A stretch of DNA of 31,416 nt, taken from positions 1 through 31,416 of the IMG/VR virus record IMGVR_UViG_3300025869_000056, one strand, 5' to 3'. Position 1 is the first letter of the stretch, and the number at the start of each line of letters is the position of its first letter. The notes under the pieces are model-generated. The model made no database searches and was not told the origin of the DNA. It saw nothing but the letters and a program-made list of their open reading frames with translations. Positions 6,886 through 15,881 of this stretch are shown here, one piece after another. Origin of the DNA: a virus (taxonomy: Duplodnaviria; Caudoviricetes). The position numbers and the translations under genes were made by a program.

Positions 6886-8871
6886 ATGCCTAGCGACGGA
6901 ATGGTCGAAGAATATATAAAAACCCAACAGGGTAACACACTAGGACAATCTGCGCGTAAATGGATAGATAATAAGTCCTATCAAGCTTTAACTAAAGGTA
7001 ATAAACCTAAAGGCAAACAAACTAACACATTTCAAAACTTCTTATATAGATATGGTAAAACTTCTGGTACTTTGAAACAAATGCCGGGTGTTAGAAACCT
7101 AGGTGTAGTACAAAACTTTGCTAGTGCTCGTAACTTAATTTACCCAGCAGCTCGTATGATGGGTACTGGTAAGGCTATAACTAAAGCATTAGAAAGCGGT
7201 AAGCTTTCTCCTTTAACGGAAAGAGCCAGCCGTGTTGGTGTTGGTAAGTTATCTGGTTTAGGTATTAACGCATTAGTACAGCCTTTAGGTCTAGGACCTT
7301 TACCTTCTCGTATGCTTCGTATAGGTATAGGTAAAGGGTTGTCTTCAAACAGAAGATTTAGAAACTTTCAGAATAACGCTGTAGCTTTCGTTTCGGGTAA
7401 AATGAAAATTAATGGCTCAGCAGCTAATGCTCATATGAAAAAACAATACAATGTATTACAAAAAGCACAGATGATGTTAGTTCAAACAGAAATGAATATT
7501 AGAGCTTTTGCACCGGACGTAGCAAGTGGTCAGTTTTTACTAGGCATGACAGATGGTCCTGCTAAATATCAAAATCAGATTATTGACTTTGACAAAATGA
7601 CTAAAAAATCAGAATTCAACAAACTGGGAGTAAAGAACTTAGCACCGGAAGATTCTAAATTTAAATATGAACACAGAGATGTATTTGGGTTCACAAAACC
7701 CGGTCAATCTTATCTTGCTCTACAAAACTCTATTATAAGAAGAGACTTTAAACCTACAATAGGAAAACATGTAAATAAAGGAACAGAAGCACATCCAGAT
7801 TGGGATAAAGGAAGTTTCTTTGACGCAGAGATACAAGTAGGCGGAAGTCCCGATTTTCCATGGATATGGGCTGTAGAATTTGGTGGAAGCATACCGTATT
7901 ATCAAAGAACTAGTCATCCAGATAAAAAAGGTTTTGGAGGTCAGTATAGCGGTAGAAAAGAAGATAAATATATACCTAAGACTAAATATATACAACCTAC
8001 GTTTTTTGTCAGAAGAGCTATTGAAGTAGCAAGAAAGCAATATAAAAAAGCGTATAACTTAAGTAGTAAAGTTAATGTTGGTATGTCTAATTCTAAAAAA
8101 TACTATAACGAGTGGCTAAGAATAGCTAAGCAAAGAAATCAGAAAACAGCTCTTAAGAAATATAAACCAGACTATCTTAAAAATACAAAAACAAATGACT
8201 TCCTTAGTGAACGTTATATGCTTGATAGAGAATCTAGAGGACATAGTTTCTTGTCTCAAATGGAGCAGAGAATACCGGGTCCAAGAATAGATTCAGCTCA
8301 TGGCGCTTTTTACAGTAAAGAGTTAGCAGCAGAACTAGGTTTAAATGCAATACCAGAGAATATGAATATATCTATGACTGTACCACTAAGAAAGACTGAC
8401 AATGCAAAAGTTGTTTCACAGGCAGCTAAAGTATTTATTGAATCTGGAGGCGGTAGCTTAACCGAAGGTGGAGAGAAATATAAGAAGGTATTTAACAAAG
8501 TAGGTAATTACCTATCAAAGCAAGCTGAATATAAGAATGCTCCTAAGAGATTATTAAACGATACAGAGAGATATATTAAGATATTTAACAATATGAACAC
8601 AGGAGAAGACACTGCTAGAGGTGCTCGACGTGCTGAATTACTGAAAGAAGTATACAATTTATCTACCAAGCAGGATGGTAATAAGTTAATAATAAAAGCA
8701 AGAAAGCGTAGAAGTGACGCAGGCAGCTCAAAGAAAAAGGGTAAAAGACCTTATGTGTCTTTTCAAAGCATTCAAAGTCGAAAAGGACAACAATTAGCTA
8801 AGGATATGGCGAGTTCATTTGATGTTGATTCATTGTTCAATGACGCTCTTAACATGGATTTCGACTTTTAA
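6886..8871 (+). CDS. Greatly expanded, basic HK97 gp10-like neck/tail-completion protein
   Basis: Occupies the gp10 slot between head closure and tail terminator. Motifs RAFAPD..SG, WAVEFGG and IQPTFFVRRAIE. Confidence 0.6.
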   Translation: MPSDGMVEEYIKTQQGNTLGQSARKWIDNKSYQALTKGNKPKGKQTNTFQNFLYRYGKTSGTLKQMPGVRNLGVVQNFASARNLIYPAARMMGTGKAITKALESGKLSPLTERASRVGVGKLSGLGINALVQPLGLGPLPSRMLRIGIGKGLSSNRRFRNFQNNAVAFVSGKMKINGSAANAHMKKQYNVLQKAQMMLVQTEMNIRAFAPDVASGQFLLGMTDGPAKYQNQIIDFDKMTKKSEFNKLGVKNLAPEDSKFKYEHRDVFGFTKPGQSYLALQNSIIRRDFKPTIGKHVNKGTEAHPDWDKGSFFDAEIQVGGSPDFPWIWAVEFGGSIPYYQRTSHPDKKGFGGQYSGRKEDKYIPKTKYIQPTFFVRRAIEVARKQYKKAYNLSSKVNVGMSNSKKYYNEWLRIAKQRNQKTALKKYKPDYLKNTKTNDFLSERYMLDRESRGHSFLSQMEQRIPGPRIDSAHGAFYSKELAAELGLNAIPENMNISMTVPLRKTDNAKVVSQAAKVFIESGGGSLTEGGEKYKKVFNKVGNYLSKQAEYKNAPKRLLNDTERYIKIFNNMNTGEDTARGARRAELLKEVYNLSTKQDGNKLIIKARKRRSDAGSSKKKGKRPYVSFQSIQSRKGQQLAKDMASSFDVDSLFNDALNMDFDF

Positions 8872-8872
8872 G

Positions 8873-8881
8873 TGATATAAT
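8873..8881 (+). promoter_or_regulatory. Extended -10 promoter (TGnTATAAT), leaderless
   Basis: TGATATAAT 7 nt before ATG 8889, no SD. Confidence 0.6.
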
Positions 8882-8888
8882 TTTCCAA

Positions 8889-9383
8889 ATGGGTATAAAA
8901 GCAGTTGGCGTACAGCCAGACCAAAATGTTAACTTTCCGCCAGACGCGGAGATAGTTTTTCGCGAATGGGCAGTCAATACAGCAATTATTACAAATGTTG
9001 TTAGCACAAGAGTTGCTACGAGACTACCAAGAAATGCTGAATTACCCTTTTTAACTTTTTTCGCTACAGGAGGAAGTTTAATTAGTAACACAAGTGACGC
9101 AGCAATAGCTGGTGTTGTTTTTCAAGTAAATTGTTATGCAGGTAGATGGGGTGGAGCTAGTACTTCTCAACCAGATTATGCAACTGCTTATCAATTAGCA
9201 AATGCAGTTTATGAAGCAGCTTTTAAAACAGGACAAACTAGAGTTGTGACGCCAACATCAAATACAGCAGGTGTGATTGCTGGTTTTGAAGTCAATTCAG
9301 CTCCCGAAAGAATAGAAGAGACTGAAACAGGATTAGGACATTATCAGCTATCATTAACTATGTATTATAGAGGAACTGGCTAA
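8889..9383 (+). CDS. Tail terminator / tail completion protein (gp17/DUF3168-like)
   Basis: Motifs RVATRLP....PFLTF...GG, FQVNCYA and AYQLANAV; located before the tail tube gene. Confidence 0.8.
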   Translation: MGIKAVGVQPDQNVNFPPDAEIVFREWAVNTAIITNVVSTRVATRLPRNAELPFLTFFATGGSLISNTSDAAIAGVVFQVNCYAGRWGGASTSQPDYATAYQLANAVYEAAFKTGQTRVVTPTSNTAGVIAGFEVNSAPERIEETETGLGHYQLSLTMYYRGTG

Positions 9384-9664
9384 TGAGTAAAAAAAATAAA
9401 AAAGTAGAAGTAAAAATGAATCCTTTACTAAACAAGAGTAAAGTTCGCGACACCGTGAGCGGAATCGTGTTTAGTAGTGAAGAGTGGGTTGAAATAGACT
9501 CGGACATCTGGGAGCGCCTCAAAGAAAATAGATATAATCAAGGCGGAGAGCGCATAAGCGTCTTGATATCTAATGAGGAAGAACCGGATGACAAATTAAC
9601 AGAGGAAGACAATGAATCTGTTGATGAGGTAGTGGAAGACTTCTTTATTGCTGAAGAAGAATAA
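9383..9664 (+). CDS. Hypothetical protein with an acidic C-terminus
   Basis: 93 aa, TAATG-coupled to the upstream gene. Confidence 0.7.
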   Translation: MSKKNKKVEVKMNPLLNKSKVRDTVSGIVFSSEEWVEIDSDIWERLKENRYNQGGERISVLISNEEEPDDKLTEEDNESVDEVVEDFFIAEEE

Positions 9665-9671
9665 CCGGCAA

Positions 9672-9709
9672 AGCTGAAATCGACTTGAAAAAGTCGGCTG
9701 AGCTCAGCT
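9672..9709 (+). promoter_or_regulatory. Structured intergenic element upstream of the tail tube gene
   Basis: CGACTT-GAAA-AAGTCG hairpin enclosed by AGCTGA/TCAGCT, with an overlapping palindrome GCTGAGCTCAGC (9697-9708). Confidence 0.5.
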
Positions 9710-9731
9710 GATTAAGTATAAGTATAAGATA

Positions 9732-9746
9732 TGTTAGGAGATAACA
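9732..9746 (+). promoter_or_regulatory. Hairpin presenting the tail-tube Shine-Dalgarno sequence in its loop
   Basis: TGTTA-GGAGA-TAACA, ending 1 nt before ATG 9748. Confidence 0.5.
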
Positions 9747-9747
9747 A

Positions 9748-10404
9748 ATGAGCTATAATACAACAGGAACAATATCTGAAGTATTAATTGGTACAGGTGT
9801 TCTCTATTTCAAAGATAGGACTACAAGTTCTTTAGCATTTCCGGGTGATGACGCTGCCGGAGCATGGGTATCCCCGACCGGGATGACTGTTGCTTGGGAA
9901 GAAGTCGGATATTCGGAAGATGGCTGGACATTAGAAGTTGATAAAACTTTTGAAGATGTCATGGTCGCAGAAGAAGTAGACCCTATTAAAACTCTTAAAT
10001 CAGCACAAGAAGTAAGACTTACAGGAGAGCTTTCACAAGCTGGACAAGGTAAGTTACAAATAGCAATGGGTGGCGGTACCATCACAGAAGACGAAACATC
10101 AAACTTCTCTTCTGGATACGATGTATATCTACCTCCATTGTCAGACTCTTTTACAGAGTATGCTCTTGTGTTACACACAGATGGTCCTGCCGGTGCAGAC
10201 AGGCAATTCCACGTTCCTCGAGCAGTGAACGTTGGCTCTTTTGCTATGGCTCACCAAAAAGCTCCAGCTAAAGTAAGTTTGGCTACAGAATTTAAAGTTC
10301 TTGTACCAGACACAACTTTAAATGTTGGTAGCTCCGGCGGTGCGTACTATCTCTTCAGAGTTGTAGACAACACTAACGATACTGACGAGTTAGATATTAA
10401 CTAA
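9748..10404 (+). CDS. Major tail (tube) protein
   Basis: 218 aa with WEEVGYSEDG. Strong SD; precedes the chaperone and tape measure genes. Confidence 0.9.
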   Translation: MSYNTTGTISEVLIGTGVLYFKDRTTSSLAFPGDDAAGAWVSPTGMTVAWEEVGYSEDGWTLEVDKTFEDVMVAEEVDPIKTLKSAQEVRLTGELSQAGQGKLQIAMGGGTITEDETSNFSSGYDVYLPPLSDSFTEYALVLHTDGPAGADRQFHVPRAVNVGSFAMAHQKAPAKVSLATEFKVLVPDTTLNVGSSGGAYYLFRVVDNTNDTDELDIN

Positions 10405-10429
10405 AAAATTAGATAGGAGAATATTAAAA

Positions 10430-10780
10430 GTGGTAAAATTTAAAGACTTTGATAAGGCTTTAGAAGCAGATAAAGAACCTTTGCAGATTAAAGTAGCAGG
10501 AAAAACTTACGAGTTACCCGCTACTTTACCTGCAAGAACAGTGTTAGCTCAAATGAAATATGCTAACGAAGGTGATGTAATCCCGATGGACTTATTACCA
10601 GAATGGATTGGCTCATTAGTGGGCAAAGAAACTCTGGATGATATGTTAAACAATGGTATGACTTGGGAGCAAATGAATGATTTGCTTTCTTACTTACTAG
10701 AAGCATACGGGTTAGCAGCACAACCGGAAGAAGAGGTTGAAGCTGAAGGGGAAGAAGAGGATTCCGAAGCCCCAAAATAA
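10430..10780 (+). CDS. Tail assembly chaperone (gpG-like)
   Basis: GTG start with SD AGGAG; lies between tube and tape measure; ends at the slippery C CCA AAA TAA. Confidence 0.9.
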   Translation: MVKFKDFDKALEADKEPLQIKVAGKTYELPATLPARTVLAQMKYANEGDVIPMDLLPEWIGSLVGKETLDDMLNNGMTWEQMNDLLSYLLEAYGLAAQPEEEVEAEGEEEDSEAPK

Positions 10781-11106
10781 GTTGGTCCGTTCAAGAAATA
10801 CTTGAACTCTATGGGCCACTAGAAGCAGACTTTCTTCACTTATATAACATTGAGTCACCACTTAATGTTGAATGGTTTCGTTTTTTAAGATTAATTTCTT
10901 TCATGCCAAATGAAAATTCAACATTCTATAACATACTTCGTAATCGTCAATTAGAAATGACTGAAGATGGTGAAGTTGTTAAAAAAGAACAAGCAGATAC
11001 ACATAGGTTAAAAATGGCCCTTCGAAAACAACATAACAGAAATAAACCGAGACAACGAGTTTCTCTTGATGATATTATGGGTGATATAGGAGGAGCAAGT
11101 GGCTAA
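10430..11106 (+). CDS. Tail assembly chaperone frameshift product (gpGT-like, about 225 aa)
   Basis: The -1 frame after 10777 is open (ISWSVQEILELYGPLEADFLHLYNIESPLNVEWFRFLRLISF) and runs into ORF 10903..11106. The EADF..Y...W..F pattern is actinophage-like. Confidence 0.88.
10771..10818 (+). other. Programmed -1 frameshift signal: slippery heptamer plus stem-loop
   Basis: CCCAAAA (10771-10777), a 5-nt spacer, then TGGTCC-GTTCAAG-aaata-CTTGAAC-tctat-GGGCCA. Confidence 0.8.
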
Positions 11107-14100
11107 ATCTGGAGGTGTAGCTCCTTTTCTTGTTTCGTTCAAAGTAGACATGGACGACGCTACTAATAAGGCGGCGAAAGAAGCAAACAACTTAGCCTCT
11201 ACGGTCATGGGTGCTTATGGTAAACTTGGCGGTCTTGCTGGTGCAGTAGGTACTACAGCATTAACAACATTAGCTGGCTTAGCTACAACTATGGCTTTTA
11301 CAGTCGGTGCAGCTTCTAAATTCGAAGATTCTTTTGCAGGTATTAGAAAAACTGTTGACGCTTCAGAAGCAGATTTTAACCAATTAGCTGTATCTGTCAG
11401 AAAACTTGCAACAGAAATACCTATTGCAACTAATCAATTAAATGCAATCGGTGAACTTGGTGGTCAGTTAGGTATTGAATCAACTGGACTTCCAACATTT
11501 ATTGAAACAATATCTAAATTAGGAGTAGCGACTAGATTATCAACTGAAACTGCTGCACTTGGTTTAGCTAGAATGAAAACTATTTTCCAGCTCGGAAATG
11601 AGGATATATCTAAACTTGCTTCTTCATTAGTTGACTTAGGTAACAACTTCGCAGCTCTTGAAGATGAAATACTTTCTACATCATTACGATTAGCAGCAGG
11701 TGCTAAAGTAGCTGGAGCAACAGCCGCGGATACTTTAGCAATTGCTACTGCTTTACAAGCTGTTGGTGTTCAATCACAAGCAGGTGGTACTGCCGTCGCA
11801 CGTGTATTTCAGCAATTAACTGTAGCTATACAGGGTGGAAAAGAACAGCTTGATGTTTTCTCAAGAGTTTCGGGAGTATTACCAGAACAATTTAAACAAT
11901 TAGCTGATAACAATCCAGCACAAGCATTTAATATATTTTTACAAGGACTACAAAGATTAAGTTCTGAAGGTGGTAATGTTGTCGAAGTTCTTGACGCATT
12001 AGGTTTAAAACAACAAAGAACCATTCGAGCTTTGTTAGCTCTATCTGAGGCAGGAGACCTAGTTACTGAAACATTAGCTAGAGGTAATGCTGCTTTTGAA
12101 ATTAATAATGCTCTTAACGAAGAGGCTGCTAAACGATTCGAGACTTTAAAATCACAAACAAAGTTGATGAAGAATGCTTTTACAGAACTTCGTATAGAAA
12201 TAGGTAATACATTCTTACCACTTGCAAAAGCATTGACACAAACACTTACTGGTGTTGCACTTGCAGCAGCAGATGATGAGAAGAGTGCTGAAGTAGGTTT
12301 TACTAATATGTCTAATTCTATGAAAGTTCTTACTGCTGGTTTCGCAACACTAGGTCTTGCTATGGCTATGCCTATATTCAACTTCTTTAAATTTATATCT
12401 ATACAAGCAAAAGTAGCTTCTCAGACAAGTAAGGCGGCAGTAGCTCTTCAAGAACTTACAAGACAAGAAATAAAACATCTTGCTTTAAGTAAGAGTAAGG
12501 AAGCCCATGCAGTCAAAGCTCGTAAACTAATAGGTAACCAGACAATGGCGTATATGAAAATGACCCAAGGACTACGAATGATGTTACCTCAACTTGCTCT
12601 TGCAGCAGCAGCTATAGCAGTCTTCGGTTTGGCAAATGCTAGAGCAAATAAAAATTCCAAAGCTTCAGCAAAAATATTTTTTGAAACTGCTTCTGCATTC
12701 GTACCACTACAAAGTAAATTAGAAGAAAAACAAGCAGAATTTAATAAATTGCAAAATGAAGGTTTCTCATCAGATATATTAAAAATATATAAAAAAGAAT
12801 TAGAGATTATTAATGAAGAACTTGAAGATATAAATATTTCTGGTGTTAGAGCATTTATGAACATACCTAAGTTTATGAAAGATATATCTGTAAAAGAAGC
12901 AGAAAAAATATCTACTGCATTTAGCGTTTTAGGTAATCAATATAAAGCTTTAGGAGACTTGACACAAGACCCAATAAAGATTGAAACAGTTCAAATAGCC
13001 GGTACAGAAGTTGAATTTGGTAGTAATCAAGGAGGAAGTGCTTTAAGTTTTGTTAAAAATACTCTTGGAGAAGAAGGAGACTTAGCAGAAGAGTTAGCAA
13101 AAGCTATAGGTGTAGAATTGCAGATAGTAGAAGATTTACTAGCTAAAGGAGATTTGACAGGATTATTACAACTTATTTCCGTTAAAGGATTAGATGACGC
13201 TACGATTTTTGCTAATGCAGGAAATGTTATAAATGACACTGTAACTAATATCGAAAGTGCATTCTCAAGAGCGGAAGCTGGTTCAGATGAATTTACAAAA
13301 ACACAAAAGAGGCAATTAGGATTTTTAAATAACCAAGTCCCCGCTTTATCAGAACTTGGTGTTCGCATGAGTAGAATTGATAAAGAACAAGATTTCTTAG
13401 CGGAGAGTGCTCAAACATTAGTTGACAGATACAATGCTATGCAAAAAGAAACCGGCGGTGCAACTATTACCTTAGACGAATTTATTGGAAACTCAATCAC
13501 AGCTGATAAAGTTATTAAAAAAGTATATGGAAGCACCGATGTAGCAACAGATAGTGCAAAAGCTTTTGGAGAAGTTGTAATAGATGTTACTAATTATATC
13601 AATGACCAAATAGACAAAATGGGAGAATTGGGAACAGCTTATAGCAAGTTAAGTCAAGTATCATTTATATCCCCAGATGATATTATTGCGGGAGCACAAG
13701 AACTAGAAGATAGAGTATCGTTCATTACTAATGCTATAGCAATATTAATCAGTCAAGGACAAATCGGTTTAGCTGCACAAGTATCAAGTATAGAAGACAC
13801 TGGTGAAGCATTTGGTACAGCTGTTGCATTTTTGCGAGGACTCGGGGATGAAAATTTAGCACCAGCGTTTGCAGACCTTAATCAGCAGTTTGTTGATAGT
13901 AATGCAGAACTTTCGGGTATACAAGGAACTGGTGAGCTAGTAACTCAAGAGCTTAGAGACCAAATACTTGAGACTAACGGATTAAATAGTGTACAAGTAG
14001 CAAATGCACAAATCAATTTTGATAACCTACAACTAGTCAAAGCTGCAACATCGGCAAGAGAAGATGAACTTAACGCTTTATTGTCAATGTTCCGAATGAC

Positions 14101-15367
14101 GGAAGATATCAAAAAACGAAATAGAGCAATAAGAGATACTCAACAAGAAATTGCTGAACTGCAACAAGATATAGTCTTTGGTGATATTCAAATAAGTCTT
14201 AGAAAGAAGGAACAGTTAGAAGTAGATTTAGCACGTGAAGCTGTTCTAGAAGCTATAGATAAATTTGGTAAAGAAGGAGTCGTTACTGCAAGCGAAGAGC
14301 TTGAAATATTACAGATGAGCCTTAGTTTAGATAAGATGAGAGACAAATTAAGCAGTAAGATGACTGCACGTCAAAAGAAATCTTTACGAGACAAAGAAAA
14401 AGAAGTTAAGTTCCTAGAACTAGCAGTAGAACAGGGAGTTGCTGAAAACTTAGACCTAGACGCAGCAAGAGAAGAACTTGAAGAAATGCGTAATCCAATG
14501 TCTGAGGTTGAGAAGAAAATCTTAAACTTGCAAGTTAAAGCAGCTGAAGCAGAACTAGCAGCCGCTAAATCTAGAGCAGAAGGATTATCACCAGATATAA
14601 TTTCTGCTATTGAATCTTACAATGACCAATTAAAAGTACAGCCGGAAAGATACCAAAAAATTGCTGACGCTACTTCTAAATACAATGCAATGGTCGCAGA
14701 GAATAATATTAAAATAATGCAAAATGGTATAGAGATAGATAAACTAAGAAGAAAGTATCCAGACCTTAACAACATGTTTATGGGTCTAGCTAAAGAGTTA
14801 GGAATACCTACTTCATACGTTCAAGAAGTATTGGTAGCAATGGATACAGAGATGGCCGGATTTATCTCATATCAAGACCAAGCAGTAAATAACTTTTTGA
14901 ATAATACTAATGCTGTTATGAACCATACTAAAAACGTTATAAATGAGATATCTGAAGAAATGAGAACAAATAATGTCTTTAACGGAATACAAATGTTTGC
15001 TAACCCTCATTACACGCAGACCCAAAACCAAAGTGGTACGATGGGAGTAATTGGTCAAGGCGGATACTATACCGGTAGAAGAGTAGATATGCAGAATTAC
15101 ACAGGTGGTAACGTTCCTATAGGTAGGTCATCACTTGTAGGTGAAAGAGGACCAGAAGTTATTATGTCAACACCGGGTGGTACATCAGTATTCTCTAATA
15201 AAACAGGTCAAGGAACTGGTGGTGTTACAGTAGAGAATATGAATCTAAATATTACTGGATTACCAGCAGACCCAATAACAGCTAGAAAAATGGCTATGAA
15301 TATTAGAAAAGAACTTACCAAGCTAGAAAAAGAAGGAACATCCGGTACAGGTTTGAGGAATAGGTAA
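11099..15367 (+). CDS. Tape measure protein (TP901-family core)
   Basis: 1422 aa, Ala-rich and helical. Motifs FEDSFAGIRKTVD, LVDLGNNFAALE and a C-terminal LVGERGPE. GTG start with SD GGAGG. Confidence 0.96.
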   Translation: MAKSGGVAPFLVSFKVDMDDATNKAAKEANNLASTVMGAYGKLGGLAGAVGTTALTTLAGLATTMAFTVGAASKFEDSFAGIRKTVDASEADFNQLAVSVRKLATEIPIATNQLNAIGELGGQLGIESTGLPTFIETISKLGVATRLSTETAALGLARMKTIFQLGNEDISKLASSLVDLGNNFAALEDEILSTSLRLAAGAKVAGATAADTLAIATALQAVGVQSQAGGTAVARVFQQLTVAIQGGKEQLDVFSRVSGVLPEQFKQLADNNPAQAFNIFLQGLQRLSSEGGNVVEVLDALGLKQQRTIRALLALSEAGDLVTETLARGNAAFEINNALNEEAAKRFETLKSQTKLMKNAFTELRIEIGNTFLPLAKALTQTLTGVALAAADDEKSAEVGFTNMSNSMKVLTAGFATLGLAMAMPIFNFFKFISIQAKVASQTSKAAVALQELTRQEIKHLALSKSKEAHAVKARKLIGNQTMAYMKMTQGLRMMLPQLALAAAAIAVFGLANARANKNSKASAKIFFETASAFVPLQSKLEEKQAEFNKLQNEGFSSDILKIYKKELEIINEELEDINISGVRAFMNIPKFMKDISVKEAEKISTAFSVLGNQYKALGDLTQDPIKIETVQIAGTEVEFGSNQGGSALSFVKNTLGEEGDLAEELAKAIGVELQIVEDLLAKGDLTGLLQLISVKGLDDATIFANAGNVINDTVTNIESAFSRAEAGSDEFTKTQKRQLGFLNNQVPALSELGVRMSRIDKEQDFLAESAQTLVDRYNAMQKETGGATITLDEFIGNSITADKVIKKVYGSTDVATDSAKAFGEVVIDVTNYINDQIDKMGELGTAYSKLSQVSFISPDDIIAGAQELEDRVSFITNAIAILISQGQIGLAAQVSSIEDTGEAFGTAVAFLRGLGDENLAPAFADLNQQFVDSNAELSGIQGTGELVTQELRDQILETNGLNSVQVANAQINFDNLQLVKAATSAREDELNALLSMFRMTEDIKKRNRAIRDTQQEIAELQQDIVFGDIQISLRKKEQLEVDLAREAVLEAIDKFGKEGVVTASEELEILQMSLSLDKMRDKLSSKMTARQKKSLRDKEKEVKFLELAVEQGVAENLDLDAAREELEEMRNPMSEVEKKILNLQVKAAEAELAAAKSRAEGLSPDIISAIESYNDQLKVQPERYQKIADATSKYNAMVAENNIKIMQNGIEIDKLRRKYPDLNNMFMGLAKELGIPTSYVQEVLVAMDTEMAGFISYQDQAVNNFLNNTNAVMNHTKNVINEISEEMRTNNVFNGIQMFANPHYTQTQNQSGTMGVIGQGGYYTGRRVDMQNYTGGNVPIGRSSLVGERGPEVIMSTPGGTSVFSNKTGQGTGGVTVENMNLNITGLPADPITARKMAMNIRKELTKLEKEGTSGTGLRNR

Positions 15368-15759
15368 TGTTTGCAAAAATAAAAGATAATATAGGTTTGA
15401 TAGCAACTGCTATTGCTCTTATGGGAACAATAGGAACAGGTTTATCAACTGCTGGTGAAATAGTAAACACTCTTCAAGGCATTGATGACAGAATGAATCA
15501 AGTTGAAGTAGATTTTCAAATGCTAAAAGAAAGCACATTCGTACAAGGCGATATAGCTGTACTGTTTGAAAAAGTTCAGAAACTAGAAATAGCTAATGAT
15601 ACTAACCAATATGTTCAAATCGAAAAATGGGAATGGGACGATATGAAAATACAAATTACTCGTCTTGAAACACAACTTATAGACCAAGACCAAGACCTAA
15701 ATGTAGTTAGAGAAATACAAACTAGACTTGCGTGGATAGAAGCGAACTGTTGTAGATAA
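15367..15759 (+). CDS. Hypothetical membrane-anchored coiled-coil protein
   Basis: N-terminal hydrophobic stretch IGLIATAIALMGTIGTGL, heptad-like remainder, ends NCCR. TAATG-coupled to the tape measure gene. Confidence 0.75.
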   Translation: MFAKIKDNIGLIATAIALMGTIGTGLSTAGEIVNTLQGIDDRMNQVEVDFQMLKESTFVQGDIAVLFEKVQKLEIANDTNQYVQIEKWEWDDMKIQITRLETQLIDQDQDLNVVREIQTRLAWIEANCCR

Positions 15760-15881
15760 TGATTGATAATAAAGAAAAACATTATTTAAAAGCTTGTAAA
15801 TCAGACTGGAATTGCGGCGAATACTTTTATGGACCTAAATACAGTATGTGCAAACAATGTAGAAATAAGGAGATGTGCTAA
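15759..15881 (+). CDS. 40-aa Cys-rich microprotein (not in the supplied ORF track)
   Basis: MIDNKEKHYLKACKSDWNCGEYFYGPKYSMCKQCRNKEMC, with TAATG overlaps at both ends exactly filling the gap. Confidence 0.75.
   Translation: MIDNKEKHYLKACKSDWNCGEYFYGPKYSMCKQCRNKEMC

Noticed and set aside
9665-9712. c-di-GMP-I riboswitch (GGCAAA...GAAA hairpin)
   Set aside because: It lacks the downstream GACGCAAAGC and the second stem. Kept only as an unclassified structure.
15367-15881. i-spanin/o-spanin pair
   Set aside because: The small ORF has no signal peptide or lipobox, and no lysis genes are adjacent.
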